Positions 56,280 through 64,000 of a stretch of 64,000 nucleotides of DNA are shown here, one piece after another. The notes below the pieces were generated by a model. That model did not search any database and was not told where the DNA came from. It was given only the letters and a program-made list of their open reading frames with translations. The translations under genes were made by a program, and so were the position numbers. Positions within the stretch are counted from its first letter, which is position 1, and each line of letters starts with the position of its first letter. Source of the DNA: a virus; IMG/VR virus record IMGVR_UViG_3300045135_001049, positions 6,348 to 70,347 of that record; one strand, written 5' to 3'.

Positions 56280-58145
56280 ATGAAAAGACCACAGCCTGAT
56301 ATAGGTGATATCTTAAAGTCTGACTTTATTAACAATCTAGGTAGTACTAGGAAGTTTACAAGACTTTGGGGTACCACTTATATTGGGGGTGTGGAAGTTC
56401 TAAACCACCGTAGATACTACTACCCTCGAAGTGCTAGGCCTGCTAACTTTGAAAAGTTATTTAGGTACCTAGGTGCTTATGAGGATCTTAATAACAATGA
56501 TCCTAAAGGGGTGCAAAGTGCTTGGTTCTATCTTAATAAGAACAAAGGTTCAGGGTTACCTGTAGCAGAAGGTGGTACTTTAGAAGACTCGTACCACTTG
56601 TTTGTATCATATAACTTAGATCAGTTATGGTGGGATGAGGCTGATGGTGCGATGCCTGAAAACCTTACGCTCACTACGAGTATTGTTATTGAAGCGTTAA
56701 TAGATGGTTCTAGAACAGACACAGTTAGTACTACCCCTTTATTAGACCCTAGCTGGCCTACTGAACAACTTATTACCGCTATTCAAAATAACTACGAAAC
56801 TTTATGGGATACTTGTTTAATATCTCAACAAGGCGTAGGTGTTATTAATAAAGGCACCTTTACAAGCAGTGTAGCTAATGTTGAATTGCCTGACGAAGAT
56901 GACCTTTCTCCTGATGACCCGTGGCTAGCCGCGTTATCTAGATATGCGTTACGTAATAACGACGTCGTATGCACAATTAAAGATGTACAGATTGGTTACG
57001 CTAAGAGTAGTACAGGTAGAAGATACGCTACTTACGTTGTAGATATTGAAATACCTCATATGTCTTTTGATACTTCATCTGCTGTAGTAAACCAGATAGC
57101 GTTAGACCTAGGTAAGACGTATACAAGCCGTACAAGAACTCGTTTATCCTACCCTAATGGGTACTGGACTAAGCAAGAAATTACAGCTATGGATATTAGT
57201 GATCTGCAGGATGATCCTGATATTGTTACTCGTCCCTATCTTCTGTGGGAAAATGAAGCAGAAGAAGACGATTCTAGGTATAGTAATATTTGGCTTAACT
57301 CTGGCGGTACATACTATCTTAAGGCCGATGCAGTACGTAACCCCAGAAACTACGGACTTACTTATAAAGGTTTATTTTCTTACTTAGTAAGTCTTATAGA
57401 CTCTGGGTACAAAAAGAAAAAAGTTAAGTGGTGGAAGAAAGCTTTAGCAGTTGTAACTTTTGTAGTACTAGTAATAGTAAATCCATTTGGTGCTGCAACT
57501 GTATGGGGCGCTATTTTAGCAGCTGCTACAGTTCTGACACTATTAACATTGGCATTTGCTCTTGCAGGTATGGATGATTGGGCTGCTGCATTTGCAGAAG
57601 CTAACAAGATGATTGAGCCACTAGTTATCATAGCCACTATTATTATGCTAACCCAGAGTCTTCAAAAGATGGCACAAAAAGCTGCTGAAAAAGCGGCAGA
57701 AGAAGGTATTAAAGAGACTATTAAAGAGTTTGTTGCTGATTATATTGATGACTTTGTGCAAGAAATTGTTAAAGGCGCTACAGACGTATTTGCAGGTAAC
57801 CTTACAGCTTCGTCTTTATCTTTTTTGACAAAGGCAGTAAAACTACTTACATTACCTCAGCAAATAAAGCTAGAGGAATTGAAAGAAAAAAACAAAGATT
57901 TAAAAGCAGAATACGAACAGCTTACCCAAGAGTTGAGCAGAGAGTATGATGCTTTAAAAGGATTTATGTATATTTATGCTAGACCAGCTACTGCAGATTG
58001 GTCTATATATGCCCAAGAGTTTGATCAACCTTATGAACGAGGAGGCGGTCCATTAGCCATGGGTAATATACAAAGAACAACAAAACAGGCTTTAAGAAAA
58101 GCTAGCTACAATGAACCTGCGTTTGAAAACATACTGGTTGTGTAG
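56280..58145 (+). CDS. N4 gp53-like virion protein with TM segments
   Basis: KKKKVKWWKK followed by long hydrophobic helices; synteny. Confidence 0.7.
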   Translation: MKRPQPDIGDILKSDFINNLGSTRKFTRLWGTTYIGGVEVLNHRRYYYPRSARPANFEKLFRYLGAYEDLNNNDPKGVQSAWFYLNKNKGSGLPVAEGGTLEDSYHLFVSYNLDQLWWDEADGAMPENLTLTTSIVIEALIDGSRTDTVSTTPLLDPSWPTEQLITAIQNNYETLWDTCLISQQGVGVINKGTFTSSVANVELPDEDDLSPDDPWLAALSRYALRNNDVVCTIKDVQIGYAKSSTGRRYATYVVDIEIPHMSFDTSSAVVNQIALDLGKTYTSRTRTRLSYPNGYWTKQEITAMDISDLQDDPDIVTRPYLLWENEAEEDDSRYSNIWLNSGGTYYLKADAVRNPRNYGLTYKGLFSYLVSLIDSGYKKKKVKWWKKALAVVTFVVLVIVNPFGAATVWGAILAAATVLTLLTLAFALAGMDDWAAAFAEANKMIEPLVIIATIIMLTQSLQKMAQKAAEKAAEEGIKETIKEFVADYIDDFVQEIVKGATDVFAGNLTASSLSFLTKAVKLLTLPQQIKLEELKEKNKDLKAEYEQLTQELSREYDALKGFMYIYARPATADWSIYAQEFDQPYERGGGPLAMGNIQRTTKQALRKASYNEPAFENILVV

Positions 58146-58151
58146 TATAAT
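58123..58151 (+). promoter_or_regulatory. sigma70-like promoter
   Basis: TTGAAA-17 nt-TATAAT. Confidence 0.65.
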
Positions 58152-58195
58152 ACAATAATTGCGCAAATACACCTCTAAATTATAGGATTCTAAAA

Positions 58196-58603
58196 ATGAC
58201 TGTAGAGGAACTAAAACGATTAATTGACGCGGGTAAGTTAAACAATACCCAAGTAAGCGCGTTGGTTGATTCTGCCCAAGGAGAACTTTGGGATAACACT
58301 GCATTTGAAGATATTAATAATTCTTCTTTTATGGACCAATATGATTCTTATGACGCTCTTCGTGGTACAGGTGTTGATAACGCTGCTACCGCAGGAGGCT
58401 TAAAAGGATTATTTGGTGATAAATACATGATGGGTAATATTACCGGTCTTGCATCTACTCTTATGCAAGCCGCTGCTTTACCGTCAATGCTTGAGCAAGC
58501 TAAACTGCAAAATAAGTCATTGAAGTTTAACTTGAATACCGCTAAACAAGAGCAAGCTAGACGCAATAATAATATCAGCGCGTTTAACTCGTTTCGAGGT
58601 TAA
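58196..58603 (+). CDS. N4 gp52-like internal virion (ejection) protein
   Basis: Small Gly/Ala-rich protein; synteny upstream of gp51/vRNAP. Confidence 0.6.
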   Translation: MTVEELKRLIDAGKLNNTQVSALVDSAQGELWDNTAFEDINNSSFMDQYDSYDALRGTGVDNAATAGGLKGLFGDKYMMGNITGLASTLMQAAALPSMLEQAKLQNKSLKFNLNTAKQEQARRNNNISAFNSFRG

Positions 58604-58613
58604 AGGATAAGCA

Positions 58614-60509
58614 ATGTCTAGACAAGGTAACTACGTTACAGTCCCTGGTGGAAGCGCTAATTGGACTAAAGGTATTAGTGATTCTCTTACGGCGTTGTCT
58701 AAAAGCTATATTGGCCAAGGGGATGCTGAAGAAGAACGTGCTCGCTTAGCTGCTGCTGCCGAGGAAAATAAGCGTAGATTTGAGATTGAACAAGCTTATA
58801 AAGAAGCAGAAGCGCAACGTACTGCTGCGTTTAGACAAGCCCAACTAGACGCTACCTCAGCTCGTGATGCGGCTACTGTATCTGATAGAGAAGCTCGTTT
58901 AGCATTATTGCAGTCAGAAGAAGACCGTAAGCAAGCTGTTCATGATCAGACAGTTGCAGATGCAGCTACGGCTAGAGAAAATGATACTATTTTAGGATCT
59001 TTTACAGTACCTAATAACCTAGATATACTGGGTCCTAATGCTCAAGGTGTTTGGCAGACTCAGAATGAAGGACTAGCTGCTCAACGTGCAGATGCAGATG
59101 CAAACATTGAGCTAATCAATACTCGTCGTAATTTCTTAACTCCAGAAGGTGCGCTTAGTCCTGAAGGACAGGCAGAGTTTGATAGACGTTTTGCTGTACT
59201 ATCTCAAGCATTACCAGAAGAAGAAGCTCGTAGTAGAGCAATGAATCAAGTTACTACAATGCGAGATAATGCATTAAATAGTAATTATGAAACAGACATA
59301 AATGCTTTTTTGACAAACCAAGAAAGAGATTTGGGTATTGCAGCTAGTCGTTTACCTTATCTAGCTACTCAAGAAGAGTTTATTCGATACGGACAGCAAC
59401 AGTTAGCTGAAGCTGGCCATACTGCTCCTATGTCTGCTGAAGTTCGTCAAGACTTAGCAGCACGAGCAGAAGCACGTGGTTTACCTAAAGCAGCAGATTT
59501 AATTGCTTCAGGGCAGGCTGCTGATGTAGCTAAATACGAACGTGCTGTAGAGCAGGCAAAACTATTTGACAACTACTACACTAGACGTCAAGCAGCTAGC
59601 AGCAATGGTGGTAGAACATCTTCTACTGGTATGGATGCTTCTGATTTCAATGAGTTCGTAAACAACCTAGATGGCTGGGGTCAAGAAGATAAACAGCAGG
59701 CTATCCAGTTATTAACTAACCTTAGCCAAGATCCGGAAGTTCAGTCGGCTGGTATTCCTGTAAGTGTTTTACGTGAAGCAATCTTACTTACTTCTTTTGA
59801 AGGTACATTAACAGATAACAGAACTGTAGATCCTGAAAATCCTACAGATGTTACTAATGTAGTAAATCTAGCTAAAGCCCTTAACAGTGGGAGTACTACA
59901 GGCAGGACTTTTATTAATAAGTCTGACTACACTTTACCTGAGGTTACAGGTCGTAGTGCTGCAGATATTTTAGGTGGTCGTGTTAGTTCAGCAATTCCTA
60001 CAAGAACCGCCAGCTTACCGACTATGTATGAAAGTTTGGCTATGCCTGACCTTACTGCTCTTCAGTCGGAAGTTGCAGATCGTAACTTAGCTGCGCAAGC
60101 TGCTGCGGCTGAAGAGGCTGCTGTTGCTAGAGAAGCGCTAGCTACCACTGCAGCTGCCAAAGCAGATGCAATTCAAGCTGGTGACACTACTGTAGCTCCT
60201 TTAACTAGGGGAGAGCTGTCGGTATTGCCTAGTACAAGTAGACTTCCTAATACTGCAGAAGTAAACATGGATAGTTTACCTACTATTCTTGGTGAAGCTT
60301 TTGATTTAAACAGCTCTGATAGGGGCGTAGCTCGTGCTAGTAGAGATTTATTAACAACTCAACAAGATTTAGACATGCTAAATCGTGAACTGTTAAATCC
60401 TTCTACTTCTGAGCAAAGAAAGCAGCTTCTTAGAGATGTGTACATCCCTCAAACTGCTAATATGCGTTACCTCCAAAGAAGAGAACTACTGGAACTATCC
60501 GGTCAGTAA
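58614..60509 (+). CDS. N4 gp51-like internal virion (ejection) protein
   Basis: 631-aa Ala/Gln-rich helical protein immediately upstream of the giant vRNAP ORF. Confidence 0.6.
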   Translation: MSRQGNYVTVPGGSANWTKGISDSLTALSKSYIGQGDAEEERARLAAAAEENKRRFEIEQAYKEAEAQRTAAFRQAQLDATSARDAATVSDREARLALLQSEEDRKQAVHDQTVADAATARENDTILGSFTVPNNLDILGPNAQGVWQTQNEGLAAQRADADANIELINTRRNFLTPEGALSPEGQAEFDRRFAVLSQALPEEEARSRAMNQVTTMRDNALNSNYETDINAFLTNQERDLGIAASRLPYLATQEEFIRYGQQQLAEAGHTAPMSAEVRQDLAARAEARGLPKAADLIASGQAADVAKYERAVEQAKLFDNYYTRRQAASSNGGRTSSTGMDASDFNEFVNNLDGWGQEDKQQAIQLLTNLSQDPEVQSAGIPVSVLREAILLTSFEGTLTDNRTVDPENPTDVTNVVNLAKALNSGSTTGRTFINKSDYTLPEVTGRSAADILGGRVSSAIPTRTASLPTMYESLAMPDLTALQSEVADRNLAAQAAAAEEAAVAREALATTAAAKADAIQAGDTTVAPLTRGELSVLPSTSRLPNTAEVNMDSLPTILGEAFDLNSSDRGVARASRDLLTTQQDLDMLNRELLNPSTSEQRKQLLRDVYIPQTANMRYLQRRELLELSGQ

Positions 60510-60523
60510 CATCTATAAAATAG

Positions 60524-60560
60524 GTGTATCACACAGATTTAAAGTGTGGTACACTTTATT
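60524..60560 (+). terminator. hairpin / probable terminator
   Basis: GTGTATCACAC-9 nt-GTGTGGTACAC then TTTATT. Confidence 0.5.
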
Positions 60561-60586
60561 AATAAATAATAGCAGTTGGGAATAGT

Positions 60587-63500
60587 ATGTCTGGTGAATC
60601 TGATTACACTGGTAATGATAATTATGCTCGTTTCTTAGAAGAGCGCTCTTCTTACACGCCTGAAAGTCAGGCTACTCTTTATGGTACGTCCAATTTCCTT
60701 GACACCAGTGTTGCAGATAAAGCAGACTCGCTTGAACAAAGACGAGAAGAAAAGCTTGCTCGTTTAGGACAACAATCACAGTACAGTAATCTTTCTGATA
60801 CATATACCATCCTTGATGATGGTACTATGGAAAGCAATAGCAACAAGATCTGGAATGAATTATCTGGTGCTGAGTATACTTCTATCTGGGACTATGCTTC
60901 TAATAACTTAGCGTTAGCTCAAGATGACCAAGGCTACTACAATATCTCTACAGGCGAACGTTATGAAGGGCCTGTACGCCGTAGTTATGGTTATGGCACA
61001 CAAGATAGTGATACTGCGTTTAAGTTTGGTCTAGCACGTGGGGATCTCCCTAGTTCTGATGCTCGCTATACACCAGGTATGGTTGAAGACTATGGTTGGG
61101 CGCCAGGCGAAAGTGGTGTAGACGTTTCTAAACAACGCCACGATATTTTACTTCCAGACTACATTGCTACTACTATTGAAGGATTAGGTCATGGCCGTGC
61201 AGGCGCACGAGATGCGCGCCTAGTCCCAGACACAATGGATATCCAAAACTATGATCGTTATGGTTCTGGTGCTACTGAGTATTACACTTCTAGGGAAGCA
61301 TTCTTTGGCGACCCTGCATCCGAAGATTACGGTACTGCATTTACACCTGAGCAAGCTAAAGAATTTTTATACAGCTACGCTTCACAGGATAATGTTCGTA
61401 ATCCTTATTATCGTGGTAACTATTCAGATCAAGATTACTTGATGGCTTATCGTCAGCGATTAGCTGATCAAGCCTTACAGTCTCGTTATGACAATCAATC
61501 TGTTTTTAATGAAGTACTGCAGACAGGTGCGGCTATTCCTGCTGGCGCAGCAAAAGGTTTACTAGACATTATTGACGTAGGCCAAGAAGTACTTACTTAC
61601 TTGCCACAGCTTGCTGCCCGCATGTACACTGGTGACGATACCCTAGATATCGATCTGTTTGACGATGGCTACAAACAAGCTGCAGTAGAATTTGCTGATA
61701 GTCTTGTTGGGTATGATCGTAAACTAGGCGAAGTTACTTTACAAAGAGCTGCTGATGAATTCCAGAAGTCTGGTATTGATATTACCAGCTGGGACAGTAT
61801 TAAAGAAGCATTCACTAATCCTGACAAACTTGCCAATATTGGCGAAGCTGCTTGGTTAGTACTTACTGATCCTTCTGTTACTGCTGGTATGGTATCAGAG
61901 CTATTTGGTTCAGGTGGTGGTTTAGGTGCAGCTACTAAAGGTGGTACAAAGTTACTAGCAAAAGTAGCCCCTGGGGCTGAAAAGTTAATTAGTGGGGCAC
62001 TGCAGTCTAACTTAGCTACTGTAAGAACTGAAGTTGCTGCCGCACAAGCTGCTGGTGACGCTGCTAAGGTAGCTCAGCTGCAGCGTAGTTATACTATTGG
62101 CCAACGCTTTACTGATTTGCTAAAAGGTAGTGTATACACTAACGCTGATATGATGGTTCGTATGAACAATGATATTACAGCGTTCAAAGAAAATAACAAC
62201 GGTGAAGATCCAAGCGCTGAGCAAATGCTCCGCATGGCTGTACTGAACCGTATCGTATCTACTACTGAAATGATGTCTTTGAAGTCATTAGTAGGTATGA
62301 AAGATATACCAGGTGTTGTAGCAAAAGAAGCAGCTAAGCGAAGCTTAGTTAAAGCTACCGGTGAAACTGTTGGACGCCTAGTTAAAAGTGGTCTGATAGA
62401 AGGTACTCAGGAAACTGTAGATACCATTGTTGAACAGATCAACCAGAAGCTAGACGCTGCTGATTTTGAAGGTCAATCTTTACAGCAAATTCTTAGCGAT
62501 GCTAGCGCAGAAATTATGACTAGTATGGTTGCTGGTATGGCAGGTGGTGTACAGATTAGTGGCGGCAAAGCTGCACTAGACACTGTAGGCGCTGGCTTTA
62601 GAGCGGCAGGAAACACAGTAGGCTCTAGACCAACTCCACGTCCTCAGCAAGACACTCCAGAGTCTCGTGAAGCTGAGATGGATGTAGCGCGTAACGTAGA
62701 AGCTAACGTTGCTCGTATGGCTACTGCGACTACTCCTGCGGCTGCTTACTACTCTGCACAAGGTTCTGAAAATATTGAGTCTCGTCAACAAGCACAGGCC
62801 ACAGCTACTGAAGCTAGAGATACTCTGCTGGATGGTTCTAACACCGTATTTCAGTCTGATGAAGAGTTCACAGTAAAATTAGGCAGAGTAAAGGACCTAG
62901 TTGAAATTGCAGTGGCGGAAGATCCTTCTATTAAAGAAGAAGATCTTGTTGCTAGTGTTATCAAAGGCTTAAATGCGGCTAATGAGCAAGAACAAACGCA
63001 GGCTACTGAAGCTGTTTCTCAAGGTTTTAAAGACGGACAGCAGTTTGCTAGTATTAAGCCACTAGTAGAAGTAGCTAAAGATGTAAGCACTGGTGTAAGA
63101 GGTTTTGTTACTTACTTTACCGGCGCTAAAGCAGCATTGGCCGATGGCGATACTAAAGCTTACGAAGATAACATCAACAAACTAGAAAACTTTTACTTTT
63201 ATGAGTCTAACAAACTAGATCGTTGGGATGCAGGTGTCAAAGATGTACGCAGTAAGATTGAAACAGCAGTGGACAATGCTGTTAAGATGGGCAAAGCGAA
63301 AACACGCAGAGAAGCTCTCACAAACTTACTCACTCAGTACATTGATTCGGACAAACGTGCAACGGTTGCTAACTCTGATCGTCCTAATGCTCCTACTACA
63401 GACATTAAGTATGCTGATGTAGCAAACCAAATGTTAAATCCTAGATACAATTCTGGGATCTTTAAGCTTATGGGCAACGTTAAAAACGAAGTTGCTCAGA

Positions 63501-64000
63501 TGGGTAAAGTCTACGATTCGTTAATGGGCAACATTACCGAAGAAAACGTAGAAGTACCACCAGCTCCAGAAGTAGATACTCAGACTAGTGCAGAAGCAAC
63601 GCTATTTGAAGAAGATCGTAACTCTATTACCCAACGTGCAGTAACTGACGTGGGTCGTCAGGGTAGTGCATCTGTAAAAGGAGTGGATGACCGTAGAGAA
63701 GTTATTCTTAAGAGCATGGGTCAAGAAGCAGCAGACTTTTACATGGCCGAAGTTCAGCGTATCGCTGATGCAAATCTTGCAGATTACCAAGCTCGTAAAG
63801 CAGCTGAAGAAGAGCCTACCCTAGATGTACCTCCAGCTTCTGCCTACGAAGAAGACTTTGCTATTCCAGCAGAAGATAATCTGGACGTACCTCCTCCAGG
63901 GTTGGATGAAGGTTTTGACGTCCCTGCTGATGAAAACTTTGACGTTCCTGTAGAAGAAGACTTCGTAGTTGAAGAAGAAGACTTCGTAGTTGAAGAAGAA
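60587..64000 (+). CDS. virion-encapsidated RNA polymerase (N4 gp50-like), N-terminal part, runs off window
   Basis: Absent from the ORF track because it has no stop in the window: ATG 60587 MSGESDYTG..., frame consistent to the window end (~1138 codons); position after gp52/gp51-like genes; catalytic motifs lie beyond the window, so the call rests on synteny. Confidence 0.72.
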   Translation, partial: MSGESDYTGNDNYARFLEERSSYTPESQATLYGTSNFLDTSVADKADSLEQRREEKLARLGQQSQYSNLSDTYTILDDGTMESNSNKIWNELSGAEYTSIWDYASNNLALAQDDQGYYNISTGERYEGPVRRSYGYGTQDSDTAFKFGLARGDLPSSDARYTPGMVEDYGWAPGESGVDVSKQRHDILLPDYIATTIEGLGHGRAGARDARLVPDTMDIQNYDRYGSGATEYYTSREAFFGDPASEDYGTAFTPEQAKEFLYSYASQDNVRNPYYRGNYSDQDYLMAYRQRLADQALQSRYDNQSVFNEVLQTGAAIPAGAAKGLLDIIDVGQEVLTYLPQLAARMYTGDDTLDIDLFDDGYKQAAVEFADSLVGYDRKLGEVTLQRAADEFQKSGIDITSWDSIKEAFTNPDKLANIGEAAWLVLTDPSVTAGMVSELFGSGGGLGAATKGGTKLLAKVAPGAEKLISGALQSNLATVRTEVAAAQAAGDAAKVAQLQRSYTIGQRFTDLLKGSVYTNADMMVRMNNDITAFKENNNGEDPSAEQMLRMAVLNRIVSTTEMMSLKSLVGMKDIPGVVAKEAAKRSLVKATGETVGRLVKSGLIEGTQETVDTIVEQINQKLDAADFEGQSLQQILSDASAEIMTSMVAGMAGGVQISGGKAALDTVGAGFRAAGNTVGSRPTPRPQQDTPESREAEMDVARNVEANVARMATATTPAAAYYSAQGSENIESRQQAQATATEARDTLLDGSNTVFQSDEEFTVKLGRVKDLVEIAVAEDPSIKEEDLVASVIKGLNAANEQEQTQATEAVSQGFKDGQQFASIKPLVEVAKDVSTGVRGFVTYFTGAKAALADGDTKAYEDNINKLENFYFYESNKLDRWDAGVKDVRSKIETAVDNAVKMGKAKTRREALTNLLTQYIDSDKRATVANSDRPNAPTTDIKYADVANQMLNPRYNSGIFKLMGNVKNEVAQMGKVYDSLMGNITEENVEVPPAPEVDTQTSAEATLFEEDRNSITQRAVTDVGRQGSASVKGVDDRREVILKSMGQEAADFYMAEVQRIADANLADYQARKAAEEEPTLDVPPASAYEEDFAIPAEDNLDVPPPGLDEGFDVPADENFDVPVEEDFVVEEEDFVVEEE
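63953..64000 (+). repeat. 21-bp exact tandem repeat (EEDFVVE)
   Basis: GAAGAAGACTTCGTAGTTGAA x2 plus a partial copy at the window edge. Confidence 0.85.

Noticed and set aside
1-64000. tRNA, rRNA, integrase or IS elements
   Set aside because: No cloverleaf/T-loop pattern or recombinase/transposase motif recognised by eye; tRNAscan-SE would be needed to exclude tRNAs formally

Overview
This window is part of an N4-like (Schitoviridae-type) lytic dsDNA phage, probably marine with a Gram-negative host, assembled across its genome ends. From about 9.4 kb leftward (minus strand) lie early/middle genes: many small ORFs, the two-subunit T7-type RNA polymerase II (5152-5898 and 4008-5135) and an HExxH/vWA protein. 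From about 10 kb rightward (plus strand) lie late genes in N4 order: gp69-like, terminase, gp67-like, portal, scaffold/gp57-like, major capsid, gp55/54/53/52/51-like and the N-terminal ~1138 aa of the probable virion RNA polymerase. Two large adsorption blocks interrupt this backbone: a ~20 kb block (2372-aa decad-repeat fibre, 2073-aa beta-propeller protein, LamG/CBM cassette) and a ~9 kb gpJ-like/NlpC-P60 tail-tip block. The most notable observations are: a C-terminal YPE[YED]F[IL]-stop motif on four unrelated small proteins; an N-terminal GLA(Q/E) motif on small head-region proteins; an unlisted DUF1127 gene with its own promoter; an HNH gene that appears to have captured its host gene's C-terminus; a Gly-Gly-Gly-Gly-Cys-initiated domain in a tail-tip gene; and a GIY-YIG-like motif set in the vRNAP N-terminus. 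All family calls come from motif recognition and synteny by eye; no searches were run.
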